Shown piece after piece: positions 1-9,150 of a stretch of 64,000 nucleotides of DNA. Positions within the stretch are counted from its first letter, which is position 1, and the number at the start of each line of letters is the position of its first letter. Position numbers and translations under genes: made by a program. The stretch lies in IMG/VR virus record IMGVR_UViG_3300035670_000133. One strand, written 5' to 3'. The stretch is from an uncultured virus (IMG/VR IMGVR_UViG_3300035670_000133). Lineage: Duplodnaviria > Heunggongvirae > Uroviricota > Caudoviricetes. Under the pieces are notes generated by a model that had not been told where the DNA came from, did not search any database, and was given only the letters and a program-made list of their open reading frames with translations.

Positions 1-442
1 ATAAAGCCGGATTGATGACCGTACGCTCTAGGCCGAAGACTAAGCGGAAGCGTGGCCACCCTTCCGATGTCGATGGGCTGTAGTAGCCAAGAGTTAAATA
101 CTTCTTACATATGTCAAGTTCTAGTGCTTGCTCTACTGTTAGTTCTTGTTTTTGGACTTTATTTCCGTTTTCGTCTTTGTAGTCAGCCTGGTTATCAATA
201 TCGACAATAATCAGACCAGCTTTTATGACTCCAGTTTGGTTTTTCTGTCGTTTACCATCTTGCAGGTGCCAAGCACAAAGACCTGCTTGTCTGCCTAAGA
301 CTTCTGCGAGTTCATTCGTATCTAACTCAGACGAGTCCCAGCCTGAGTTGAACGCTGTGAAGTTCCCGCCGCTCGCGATCTTGCCCAGCTCGGGATCGAG
401 GTGAGGAACGACCCCGAGGTTTACAGAGCAAATGAACTTCAT
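1..442 (-). CDS. Primase/primase-polymerase N-terminus (partial, runs off the window)
   Basis: Not in the ORF track. From ATG 442 I translate MKFICSVNLG...LIIVDIDNQ...YYSPSTSEGWPRFRLVFGL. The DxD and SPS...RFRLVF motifs resemble AEP-type primases, and the gene lies downstream of the replication genes. Confidence 0.7.
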   Translation of the reverse strand, partial: MKFICSVNLGVVPHLDPELGKIASGGNFTAFNSGWDSSELDTNELAEVLGRQAGLCAWHLQDGKRQKNQTGVIKAGLIIVDIDNQADYKDENGNKVQKQELTVEQALELDICKKYLTLGYYSPSTSEGWPRFRLVFGLERTVINPAL

Positions 443-544
443 GGGATGTCGCTGAGCGCCTCTAGTATGGCCTGTTTTTGGGCGAGCGAACCTTAAGACA
501 GAGTGAAGAACCCTATCCTGGTGCGCTTTCGAGTGGGTTTGATT

Positions 545-1324
545 CTACGCCTGCGGGTGAAGTTCGTAGTAACTTTTTAAAACTTGCAGCCAACTCTCGC
601 AATCCTTCTCAACTTCTTCAGAACCGAAAGTAAATATTTGAGTATTGAATTCTTTAATGGCAGTTGTAACGATGATTTGCGTCTTAACTATCTTAATGCC
701 GAGGCAAGCCTCTGCAGCTAACTTGTAGGCAGCAAGCTGAAGCCTTGTCTTCTTGGTTTTAAAAACTCCCGAGATCAAAGCTTTCTTTGTTTTCTCGTCG
801 ATGTTCTGATTTTTATTTGGGAATCGAGCTGAGTAGGGGCCGTTGCTGGTCTTGAAGTCAGCCAGAATAATCTCAGCATTTGAGTTCATATAGATTAAGT
901 CACAACAGCCAGCATAACCATGGCCTGTAGACTCATCGTAGTAATGGATACGCCCGACGCCATCGTCTCCGACATACTGAGACCAGCGTGGTTGATTAAA
1001 TGGCTTCTCGCTCCAAAGCACCCGACCACCGTCTAGGAGATCATCCAGAAGCTCAGGAACACCTTCCCAGTAAGGTTTATACTGTTCTGATGGAATTACT
1101 CTGAGGCCACGCAAGTAATCTTCTACACTGTTGTGTATCCAAGTACCTCTAGTTGCCGCCGCATCAGCAGCTCCTGGGTTCATTAGATTCCAGTGCGCCA
1201 ATTTCTTACGCGTCGTCTCAGTCTGAGTGGCGCTTAGAACAGAGGTTACGGAGGGTAGAGGCTTAGGAACACCAGCGCAAAGATAGTGTCTTAATCCGTT
1301 GATCGTTACTCTTGTATCGGACAC
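545..1324 (-). CDS. PD-(D/E)xK exonuclease (Cas4/lambda-exo-like)
   Basis: PSVTSVL, RGTWIH, AGCCD, ADFKTS and QLAAY motifs. Confidence 0.85.
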   Translation of the reverse strand: MSDTRVTINGLRHYLCAGVPKPLPSVTSVLSATQTETTRKKLAHWNLMNPGAADAAATRGTWIHNSVEDYLRGLRVIPSEQYKPYWEGVPELLDDLLDGGRVLWSEKPFNQPRWSQYVGDDGVGRIHYYDESTGHGYAGCCDLIYMNSNAEIILADFKTSNGPYSARFPNKNQNIDEKTKKALISGVFKTKKTRLQLAAYKLAAEACLGIKIVKTQIIVTTAIKEFNTQIFTFGSEEVEKDCESWLQVLKSYYELHPQA

Positions 1325-1350
1325 AATTAACGTGTCAATTCCTAAATATA

Positions 1351-1698
1351 TTAGAACGAACTTGACATTACGGGACCATCATCTTCGTCATCTTCGTCTT
1401 CATCTTCATCGTCTAAGAAGAACTCAGACTTTTGATACTGATATTCACGATTGCGCTGGTCAAGCTCACCCATTAAGCACAGAGCAGCAGAGAATCCTTC
1501 GATGGTAATCTCAGCGCAATCCTCTGGCGAACGAGCATTACCCTGATAGTCAACGCACTCAGTGAGTAGCTGCTGACCTACAAGTAATGCAGTAATTTTA
1601 TCGAGCTGACGGTTCTGTTCTTTCTGGAGCTCGATTAACTGATCTAATCGTCGAAAGAGCCGCTTGCTCATAGCCTGAGGTCTTGTGGGCGATGCCAC
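1351..1698 (-). CDS. Hypothetical protein with acidic C-terminal tail
   Basis: Co-oriented ORF in the replication operon; D/E tract at the C-terminus. Confidence 0.65.
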   Translation of the reverse strand: MASPTRPQAMSKRLFRRLDQLIELQKEQNRQLDKITALLVGQQLLTECVDYQGNARSPEDCAEITIEGFSAALCLMGELDQRNREYQYQKSEFFLDDEDEDEDDEDDGPVMSSSF

Positions 1699-2204
1699 CC
1701 TACTTCGAAATCGATAGTTGTATTAACCTGAGCAGCTCCTGGTTTTTGAAACACAAACCACGCAGAAGTTACAGGATCCTTTGAATTAGTACCATCTGCA
1801 CGAAAGGATGGTCTGGGGCTCAAGATCTTAATGTTTGTGAGGGATGCGTCTTGTAAGAAATCTTCGCGTGCCCGCGTGGGTTCTAGGAACGTTAAACGGT
1901 CTAATACGCATACACCTTTCCTAGCTGCTTGCAAGCCACACTCTGTTACCCACTTTGTATAGTCTTTCATACCTTGAGTGATTGCGATAACCCAATCAAT
2001 TTTCCCTTTCTGCTGTGACCACCACGCAAGGTCTACTAAGTTCTCCTCACAGTCATTTGTGATTATGTCTGATACGTTTGCTTTACTTACTTGCTTCTCC
2101 AGCGCCTTTTCTGGGTCGTACGGCAGGAGCACCGTACCTTCAATAAGACCTGAGTTACGGATAGGATCAAAGATGTAACGAGGGACGCGGTAAAAATTTG
2201 ACAT
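1668..2204 (-). CDS. DNA adenine methyltransferase-like protein with degenerate catalytic motif
   Basis: LDRLTFLEP, RPSF and AWFVF resemble small phage MTases; the expected NPPF/Y position reads AITQG. Confidence 0.55.
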   Translation of the reverse strand: MSNFYRVPRYIFDPIRNSGLIEGTVLLPYDPEKALEKQVSKANVSDIITNDCEENLVDLAWWSQQKGKIDWVIAITQGMKDYTKWVTECGLQAARKGVCVLDRLTFLEPTRAREDFLQDASLTNIKILSPRPSFRADGTNSKDPVTSAWFVFQKPGAAQVNTTIDFEVGWHRPQDLRL

Positions 2205-2436
2205 GTCTGAACAGTTGGTAGATAAGCTGCGCTCTCACTTGACACTTGAGCAGCAGTTCACACACCGTGCTTTCTTGGACGGCATGGACAAGCTTAGCCG
2301 CAAAGAAGCTCGGGAAGTCCTTGAGGTGGTTTACGCAAACTACTTGATCCGCGCCAAGCTACTTGAAAACATCATCAAGTACTGTGTAGCTTACGGTGTG
2401 CACCTACCTTCTTTTGGTGACTTGTTAGACCTGTAG
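2203..2436 (+). CDS. nblA: Phycobilisome degradation protein NblA
   Basis: LTLEQQF...LSRKEAREVL...Y...R pattern and two-helix size match NblA. Confidence 0.75.
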   Translation: MSEQLVDKLRSHLTLEQQFTHRAFLDGMDKLSRKEAREVLEVVYANYLIRAKLLENIIKYCVAYGVHLPSFGDLLDL

Positions 2437-2440
2437 ACAC

Positions 2441-2468
2441 AAAAAAGGAGCGCTTTTGGGGCGCCCCT
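2441..2468 (-). terminator. Intrinsic terminator
   Basis: Minus-strand GC hairpin AGGGGCGC...GCGCTCCT followed by a T run, just after the 2498 stop. Confidence 0.6.
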
Positions 2469-2497
2469 CGTGGTGAACAATCCAGATAGAGCTTAAC

Positions 2498-3322
2498 TTA
2501 AAAGTCAAGCCCCGCAGCCTTGAGTGCTGCTTTTTGATCTTCTGTGAGCTCCTTCTTGTCGGCAGCCTTCTTCGGCTGCGGGGGAGCCTCAGCTTTGGCA
2601 CCAGGTGTACCGGCACCTGCAGGAAGCGCAGCTAAACCGGCTGGAGCAGCGCCCTCTAGTCGCTTGGGGTTAGCTTCGATGAAAGCTTCCTTAATCGCCG
2701 CGTGGTCTTCCCCAAGAGGTAACTCAACCAAATGAGCACCGGAGATAGTACTGCGTAAAGCAGATGCCACCAGATCTCCTGAACCAGAGTCAAGCCAATT
2801 ACCGATGTCTTCGATGAGCTTTTGCTCTTCATCCGTTTGAGCAGGACGATCTCTGAACTCTAAGACGTTGTAATTGATCTTGGCTCCGTCAGCCCCAGTC
2901 ATCGGGTCTCGTTCGTTAAAAGACTTTTGAACGAACTTTGTTTCCGTGATGACTTCGCCTACGTTAATACGGTTATTATAGAGCGTCTGGAAATACGAGA
3001 TGAAGTTCCTTTGAGACGACTTACCACTGATGATGCTAGTGCATACACACCGAGGCGGAAGCAGACGATGGTTAGGTGCAACACCAATGTAAGCAATACG
3101 AATAAACTCCTCATGCGATCGCATACCGAGATTGCCGAAATACGGCGTGAAGCCGAGTAAGACAAACGAAATCGGTATCCCATTCCCGTTACTGTCGACG
3201 ATCGCCGCTTCGCTGTCAGTATCGGATTTCCAATAACGGCTTTGAAGATCGATTCGGAGTGTGTGCGGCGGGATTTGACAAAGAATCTCATCGGCCGAAA
3301 ATTTGCCAGCAATGAAAACCAT
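2498..3322 (-). CDS. Hypothetical protein, possibly ssDNA-binding/annealing
   Basis: Follows the SSB gene; flexible Ala/Pro/Lys tail ending in LDF. Confidence 0.55.
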   Translation of the reverse strand: MVFIAGKFSADEILCQIPPHTLRIDLQSRYWKSDTDSEAAIVDSNGNGIPISFVLLGFTPYFGNLGMRSHEEFIRIAYIGVAPNHRLLPPRCVCTSIISGKSSQRNFISYFQTLYNNRINVGEVITETKFVQKSFNERDPMTGADGAKINYNVLEFRDRPAQTDEEQKLIEDIGNWLDSGSGDLVASALRSTISGAHLVELPLGEDHAAIKEAFIEANPKRLEGAAPAGLAALPAGAGTPGAKAEAPPQPKKAADKKELTEDQKAALKAAGLDF

Positions 3323-3331
3323 GGTTAGAAA

Positions 3332-3979
3332 TCAGAGAGAGAAGTCCAGAGATCCGAGAGCAGCCGTGGATACCTTGCCCTTATCGGGGTCAGCAGCCTT
3401 GGCGGGAGCAGCTTTCTTGCTGCGAGGCAGATAGAGAATTTTCTCTACGCCATAGTTAAGGTACTTACGATCTTCTTTTTCGCTTGTGCTCACGCGACCG
3501 ACCGCGATAGTTGGAGTACCTGGAGCAAGTTCAGCTAGTTGAGTGGATAGAGCATCCCATGCTGATAGTTTGAACCAAGACGTTTCTCCTTTCTCGTCTT
3601 GCCACGCCAGCGAACGATTAGTCACAGTGTTGTCGCCTAGCTGAGTTTCTTCAGTCACAGGCCCCAAGCCACCCGTGGACACAAACAGATTTATCGCCAG
3701 GAGGTCATCCCAGTTATCGTTCGTCACCACAAGCATCGGTTGCATTTGAAGAACACCATCGGGTGTCGTCTTCGTTGGACCGACTGCGAAAATCGTTTGC
3801 TTCTCTTTGAGCTCTTTAAGAATTTTTCCGTTGTATTGGTCTTCCTTTGTTGAGAGTTGTACCTTGGTTGCAACACGTCGGTCGCTTGAAGGCAGAGACT
3901 CAGCTAAGACGTGTACGACTTTGTTTTCGTCGATGTCGGCTGCGTCAGTGATGCGCAGGCCCAGCATGAAGATGTTCAC
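3332..3979 (-). CDS. ssb: Single-stranded DNA-binding protein (probably two OB folds)
   Basis: TSWFKLSAW...LAPGTPTIAVGRV is an SSB OB-fold signature; the N-terminal half has a similar beta pattern. Confidence 0.7.
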   Translation of the reverse strand: MNIFMLGLRITDAADIDENKVVHVLAESLPSSDRRVATKVQLSTKEDQYNGKILKELKEKQTIFAVGPTKTTPDGVLQMQPMLVVTNDNWDDLLAINLFVSTGGLGPVTEETQLGDNTVTNRSLAWQDEKGETSWFKLSAWDALSTQLAELAPGTPTIAVGRVSTSEKEDRKYLNYGVEKILYLPRSKKAAPAKAADPDKGKVSTAALGSLDFSL

Positions 3980-4505
3980 GGTTTAGGGTTCGGTAGATCG
4001 TTGAGCGGTGTACCTTGAGTGCCTTGGCTATCTCGCGAACGGGAACGCCTTGGCTGGAGAATGCTAGTACCAAATTTGTGTCCGCGTCTCCCAGTTTTGA
4101 CGCCTTCATCTTCTTGTAAGAGTTGTGATACGGATTGATACAGAGACGGTTGCCGCAGGAAGGCTTCACACAACCGTCTTTGTTGATCTCAAGATAATCC
4201 AGTATCAACGGGCGCACATAGTATTTGCAGCCAAGCGCGTAGATTATGGGTGAGCCATTGCAGAAGCAGCCTTCCCATTCCTCGCAGCACCCGTGCTTAA
4301 AATCGCTTGAAGCCAGCCGCCTGAACAGAGTGGCGAGGTTGCTCTCCTTTACAAATTTGTAGGACAAAGAGAATGTATCTGCCTGTAGTGCTCTGGTTAT
4401 GTCCGCAGCTTGAGCCTGCGCGTGGTTTGAATCGTTAGCTGTTACCGCTACCTCTAGGTTCTTTTCGTTTCGTTTTACGATTAGGCAGTAGTCAGTAGAC
4501 GTCAT
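3945..4505 (-). CDS. Degenerate HNH Zn-binding domain plus C-terminal HTH
   Basis: CEEWEG...SCGNRLCINPYH, then VREIAKALKVHRSTIYR. Start placed at ATG 4505. Confidence 0.6.
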   Translation of the reverse strand: MTSTDYCLIVKRNEKNLEVAVTANDSNHAQAQAADITRALQADTFSLSYKFVKESNLATLFRRLASSDFKHGCCEEWEGCFCNGSPIIYALGCKYYVRPLILDYLEINKDGCVKPSCGNRLCINPYHNSYKKMKASKLGDADTNLVLAFSSQGVPVREIAKALKVHRSTIYRTLNREHLHAGPAHH

Positions 4506-4679
4506 TCGGCTGAAATTCTGCCGCTTCAATAATACGCCTGCGGTCTTCTTCATTTGCAGCAAAAATGGGGTACAGCCCAAGCCATACCCCGATACGACTC
4601 TGTAGCAGCTTTTTAAGAAAGTTCAAGGTGACCCTTCAACTTCCTTTAGGTTAGCCCCTAAATTTTTTTTGTGTTTAGC

Positions 4680-4862
4680 TCAAACAAGACTCAGCGCCTC
4701 CCGAGCTTTGATACCTACGTGTAAGTTCTCCTCTTTGATTTGTTTTTTAATTTGTTCGTCAGTCAGCCCAGCTTTCCGCGCACGTTGAAGCGCATCGTAG
4801 CCGATGGTGTTTTCATTGCCATTCGGTCCGATAAACGCAGTGAGTGTGTTTACAGCAGCCAC
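4680..4862 (-). CDS. Single-unit homolog of the upstream repeat protein
   Basis: LTAFIG...TIGYDALQRARKAGLTDEQIK matches the repeat unit of 4894-5973. Confidence 0.7.
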   Translation of the reverse strand: MAAVNTLTAFIGPNGNENTIGYDALQRARKAGLTDEQIKKQIKEENLHVGIKAREALSLV

Positions 4863-4893
4863 GGAAACCTATAGATATAGAGACTTTCTAAGA

Positions 4894-5973
4894 TTACAAC
4901 CCTAAAGCGGATCGTGCAGCTGCTCCAAGCCCGAGTCCTTGGCTGCTCGCCATTTGTCGAATTTGACTATCAGATAGACCCGAAGAGCGAGCACGGTTAA
5001 CCGCTTCCAAACCGAGCGTGCCTTGGTTTCCTGTGCTACCGATGAAGCTGCTCAAGTTCGTGGACGAGCTAGAGCCACCACCAGAAGAGGCTCTCTGACT
5101 AGCGGACTGAACACCCAGCCGTGAAGCCGCTCCTGCACCAAAACTTAAACCTTGCTGACTGGCAAGATCTCGAATTTGAGTATCCGATAATCCTGCCGCC
5201 TTAGCCCTTCCGACAGCCTCTAAACCAAGAGTGCCTGGGGTGGCCCCTGAAGCGGCACTCCCTATGTACTGATTTAGATCAGTAACTTTTGGCGTACCTA
5301 GCTGAGCAGCGGCTTTTTCGCCAAACCCAACACCTTGTTGTTTAGCCAGATTTTTAATCAATTCATCGCTTAAACCAGATGCTCTTGCTCTATCGAGTGC
5401 TTCCAAGCCGATAGTCTTACCCTCTGCCAGCTGTCCTTGGTACTGCGTAAGCTCACTCAGTCCGAGAGTTTTTGCTGCCTCCTCACCGAAACCTATACCT
5501 TCTTGTTTGGCTTTGGCTAATACTTGCTCAGGAGTGTACCCATACTCAAGAGCACGGCCTAGTCCCAGAGCGCCGAGAGTTCCCTTAGAAGGGTCGCCCA
5601 GTTCTCCAATAAAGCTACTCAATAAACGATTAGCCTTCTCAGGCGTAGCAGCTTTTTCTTCTTTAACTACCGTAGGCATTCCTACTGCGCTTGTTACTGT
5701 GCCTGCGGTTGACCCTACCCCCTCCGGTGTCAGGCTGAATTCAGCAATTCTGGCCGGGTTCTTTGGTGCTTTATAGGTTAATGTACTTGGGCTACGACCC
5801 TTGTACATCGTCTTCATACTAAAAGAAGGTGCGAAACCATCTAACGATGTTGTACCTTCCGCTTCGTCATCGAATAACCCTGCTAGGTCAAAACCGAATT
5901 TAGACCCAGCCTTCCTGACAAAATCGCCGTATTTCTGTTCGAAGGTAGAGCCAGCCGTGGGAGTCGCAGTCAT
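4894..5973 (-). CDS. Protein with four ~55-aa C-terminal repeats
   Basis: Repeated GTLGLEAxxRAxxxGLSDxQIxxxAxxQGxxFGxxAAxxLG. Confidence 0.75.
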   Translation of the reverse strand: MTATPTAGSTFEQKYGDFVRKAGSKFGFDLAGLFDDEAEGTTSLDGFAPSFSMKTMYKGRSPSTLTYKAPKNPARIAEFSLTPEGVGSTAGTVTSAVGMPTVVKEEKAATPEKANRLLSSFIGELGDPSKGTLGALGLGRALEYGYTPEQVLAKAKQEGIGFGEEAAKTLGLSELTQYQGQLAEGKTIGLEALDRARASGLSDELIKNLAKQQGVGFGEKAAAQLGTPKVTDLNQYIGSAASGATPGTLGLEAVGRAKAAGLSDTQIRDLASQQGLSFGAGAASRLGVQSASQRASSGGGSSSSTNLSSFIGSTGNQGTLGLEAVNRARSSGLSDSQIRQMASSQGLGLGAAARSALGL

Positions 5974-6045
5974 TTAATTTCGGCCCTCAGCCTTTAACTA
6001 AAGAGTACCAGTACAAATAGTATAGGTTAGAGGGCTTGACGCTGG

Positions 6046-6321
6046 CTACTTGGGCTGCTCAAAAGTCTTAAACCCTGGAAAGACAGGTACAGCAGTTTTA
6101 CGCTCCTCTGAAGCATTCAGAGTCTTGAACCCAGTAAAAGGTTGAACAGCGGATAAACCACCATAGGCACGAGCACTTTTGTCTTCTTCAGCTCCTTCTC
6201 GCCTCTTGATTGTTTTTAATTCTGGGAAGTACCCAAGCAAAGTAGATTGCTCATTTCCCCTCGTGGGCGTTAAAGGCACTCCAAAAAAATCACCAGCAAA
6301 ACGTACAGCCATCGAGAGCAA
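6046..6321 (-). CDS. Hypothetical protein
   Basis: Co-oriented ORF filling the gap. Confidence 0.5.
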   Translation of the reverse strand: MLSMAVRFAGDFFGVPLTPTRGNEQSTLLGYFPELKTIKRREGAEEDKSARAYGGLSAVQPFTGFKTLNASEERKTAVPVFPGFKTFEQPK

Positions 6322-6329
6322 CCCCTTAT

Positions 6330-7205
6330 CTATTTATTCTCGATAAAAAATCTCTTTAAGTCAAACCCAGGACCAATCGTGCCTTTTAGAACGCGCATGG
6401 TCATTTTAGCTTTTTCGTGACACGTAAAGTGTAAAGCTTTATCTTTATTTGATGTATAGCTCACAAGATTTTTTCGCTCTTTGTCGAGGCAATCACTCAC
6501 ATACATTGAGTCTTTTATAATTACCCATACCTCTTGGAAACGCAGGAGCGGCATTGCCTTGGTCTCGTCGAGGGTGTACAATCTCGATCTCAAGGCTACC
6601 TTTTTTACGGTTTTCTTGACTACACATTTTTTAATTTCTTCTGTGTTTTTTTTGGTTTCTTTACATTGCTGAGCTGCCGGTTGCTCCAAAATTCTTTTCA
6701 AATTCCGAGCTTTGTTAGCTGCTTCTAGCGCACTGGAGAACACATCAACTGTAAAACACACTCCAGCATCCAGCCTCACACAGCCGACATAACCTGTCTC
6801 TGTCTTAGCTGTAAATACTTCTTTTTCTTTGACGACGTCGAGATTTAGGATCTCGACAGCTGTTGCCACTTTTTTCTTAGGTTTGCTAGCGACTGCGGAT
6901 TCCTTCTCGATTTGCGCAGCCGCGTGGATCATGAGACGGCCCTGCTCATGTTCTGTTGTCGATTTAAATCCGTCCCACAGAACTGCAGCATAGTGCCGAC
7001 GATCACCACGCTTATTAGTCTTAACAAAAACCTCTTTAATAGTACCTAAGCGCGTGCCGTTAACATAGCCAGCGACTTTATCTTTGACCTGCTGCTCAGC
7101 AAAAGGGCTGACACAGGTGATGTTTTTGATGTTTTCTGTGACGCGGTCACCGACCTTAAACTTGCTTGGCGAGAGTGGACGTACGCGTTTAGTAGTGCTG
7201 CTCAT
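6330..7205 (-). CDS. Hypothetical protein with SH3/KOW-like N-terminus
   Basis: FKVGDRV...GTI...AVLWDG pattern; start overlaps the polA stop. Confidence 0.6.
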   Translation of the reverse strand: MSSTTKRVRPLSPSKFKVGDRVTENIKNITCVSPFAEQQVKDKVAGYVNGTRLGTIKEVFVKTNKRGDRRHYAAVLWDGFKSTTEHEQGRLMIHAAAQIEKESAVASKPKKKVATAVEILNLDVVKEKEVFTAKTETGYVGCVRLDAGVCFTVDVFSSALEAANKARNLKRILEQPAAQQCKETKKNTEEIKKCVVKKTVKKVALRSRLYTLDETKAMPLLRFQEVWVIIKDSMYVSDCLDKERKNLVSYTSNKDKALHFTCHEKAKMTMRVLKGTIGPGFDLKRFFIENK

Positions 7206-9097
7206 TTTTCTGCCCAGGTGTCTCCGTAACTAGCGTCTGCTTTAGCAGGAACTTCTTTTAGAATGGTTTCCGCTGCCTCTTTCATGCAGCGCTCAAGTAT
7301 TTCTTTGTAGTGCTCCACTTTACCATCAACTGCTTCAAGTACGATTTCATCGTGAACACAGGCAACTAGGTGAGCTTCATCCCCGAGGTAGGGATTTAAC
7401 TTTGCTAAAGACAGCTTAAGGATATCAGCTCCTGCGCCTTGTATCAGCGTGTTGGCACAGGCAGTCATAGTGGCATCGTCATACGACAGCAGGCGACGCC
7501 GACCTAGCGGGGTACGAACGTAGGTCCAACCGTCTTCCACAAGGGCTGCGCGTTCACGGTGCCACTGCCTGAGCCGTGGGTACGCAGAGTGGAACGCCAT
7601 ATGAGCAACCTTTGCTTCAGACAAGGAAATAATCTTTCCGCTTTGAGCTGCGTAGGTTTTGTATTTTCTATAGCCCATACCGTACAGAAGCGCAAAATTC
7701 AGCGTTTTACCTTCCTGACGCTGACTCTTCTGAACTTCTTCGAGAGGCACTTTGTAGATCAGGCTCGCCGTCACCGTATGAAGATCGTGCCCATCCTTGA
7801 AGGCTTGTATCATTTGAGGAATACCGATCAGCTCAGCTCCGAGGCGTAGCTCGATCTGACTGAAGTCACAGATAATCAGCTGATAACCAGGCGTGGCAAC
7901 AAAACATTCGCGAAATTCTTTGTCCCTAGGGATCTGTTGGGCGTTAATCGCAAACTGGTCTTTAACTTTTTTGGCAGCGGTCTTTTTGGCGCCGCTTGAT
8001 GTGAATCGACCTGAGTTGGCGCCGTACTGGTTGTAACCAGAGTGAATTCGATGGGTGATTGGATTGACGTTTGCGATCAACTTTTCAGCGTGCTCTAGCT
8101 GAGTCTCTATTTTTGTCCGCTTACGGTAGAGATTGAGCAGAGGGTCATCGCTATCGAACTCTGCGAGGGATATCTGATTGAGTGTTGTCTTTCCTGTAGA
8201 AGGGTTTGTTGGTAGAGCAACGCCAAGTGCGTCAAAGAGTTTCTTGCACTGCGTGCCAGATCCAGGGTTGAACTCCTTTCTGAGGTTTTTGCCGATTGCC
8301 AGGGATCCATCGACGTTCCGTGGGAGCTTGAGGTTGTCAGGTAAAGCCGCGTCGAGCTTAGTACAGAATTCTAGTGTAACCTCTTCTAGCTTCAGCTCTA
8401 TGGTACTCCTTAGTGCTATTAGTTTGTTAACATCGACGTTAAACCCTCTATGGCACATCCTTGCTACAGGGCGTACACACTTCGACTCAAGTGAATAGAT
8501 ATCGAGCAGAGCTTCTTCCACGAGCTCTTTAAGTTGGTCTGCTGCGATGCTGGGCAGAAGGTCAACGTCCTTTGCTGCATATTCGATTTGCTCAAGGTCC
8601 AGATCTCTTTTACTCCAATCAGACACCTGCTGTTCTTTACTAATGTCGAGTTCGAGTCTGCGACTGACTACAGCTTTGAGTGAACAGCTGACGTCATCGA
8701 AGTAGGGCTTCTGGAGTTTCGGTGACATCTTTTTTTCTTTAAAACCAGCACGAAGGCAGCGCTCCGCTACGTAGGTATCGAATATCTTTCCCTGGTAGTC
8801 AATACCTTTAGACAGGAGGAACTGGAGGTCGAAGTTTAAGTTGTGACCTAAGAGCATCTCACGGCTCTCGATCATTTCTTTTAGTCCGGAAGTGTTATTT
8901 ACCTTAAACATATCCAAGACGTAAACAGTTCTGTTCTCTACCTTCTCATCAGTCGTACAGAGCTGCAGCAAACGCAGTTTTGCGACGTGTGAATCCAGGC
9001 CGGTCGTTTCTGCGTCTAGACAAAGCTTTGGGATTTGATTTAGTTCTTCGATTGCTTGTTGAAACTTGCTGTCGTCGTCTGCGTAGAAGATCTTCAT
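7202..9097 (-). CDS. polA: Family A DNA polymerase with 3'-5' exonuclease
   Basis: ExoI LDAETTG, ExoII HNLNFD, ExoIII YAAKD; motif A DFSQIELR, motif B KTLNFALLYG, motif C VHDE. Confidence 0.97.
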   Translation of the reverse strand: MKIFYADDDSKFQQAIEELNQIPKLCLDAETTGLDSHVAKLRLLQLCTTDEKVENRTVYVLDMFKVNNTSGLKEMIESREMLLGHNLNFDLQFLLSKGIDYQGKIFDTYVAERCLRAGFKEKKMSPKLQKPYFDDVSCSLKAVVSRRLELDISKEQQVSDWSKRDLDLEQIEYAAKDVDLLPSIAADQLKELVEEALLDIYSLESKCVRPVARMCHRGFNVDVNKLIALRSTIELKLEEVTLEFCTKLDAALPDNLKLPRNVDGSLAIGKNLRKEFNPGSGTQCKKLFDALGVALPTNPSTGKTTLNQISLAEFDSDDPLLNLYRKRTKIETQLEHAEKLIANVNPITHRIHSGYNQYGANSGRFTSSGAKKTAAKKVKDQFAINAQQIPRDKEFRECFVATPGYQLIICDFSQIELRLGAELIGIPQMIQAFKDGHDLHTVTASLIYKVPLEEVQKSQRQEGKTLNFALLYGMGYRKYKTYAAQSGKIISLSEAKVAHMAFHSAYPRLRQWHRERAALVEDGWTYVRTPLGRRRLLSYDDATMTACANTLIQGAGADILKLSLAKLNPYLGDEAHLVACVHDEIVLEAVDGKVEHYKEILERCMKEAAETILKEVPAKADASYGDTWAEK

Positions 9098-9104
9098 GGA
9101 AGTA

Positions 9105-9129
9105 AAAAAGGGGCATCTTGCGACGCCCC
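9105..9129 (-). terminator. Intrinsic terminator
   Basis: Minus-strand GGGGCGTC...GATGCCCC plus T6 after the 9151 stop. Confidence 0.6.
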
Positions 9130-9150
9130 GTGGATTCAGTGGTTCGCCGT

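Noticed and set aside
545..1324. Cas4 as part of a CRISPR system
   Set aside because: No Fe-S cysteine cluster, other cas genes or array; a replication-linked exonuclease is simpler.
7202..9097. Intein or intron in polA or terL
   Set aside because: Both ORFs are continuous, of normal length, and lack splicing motifs.
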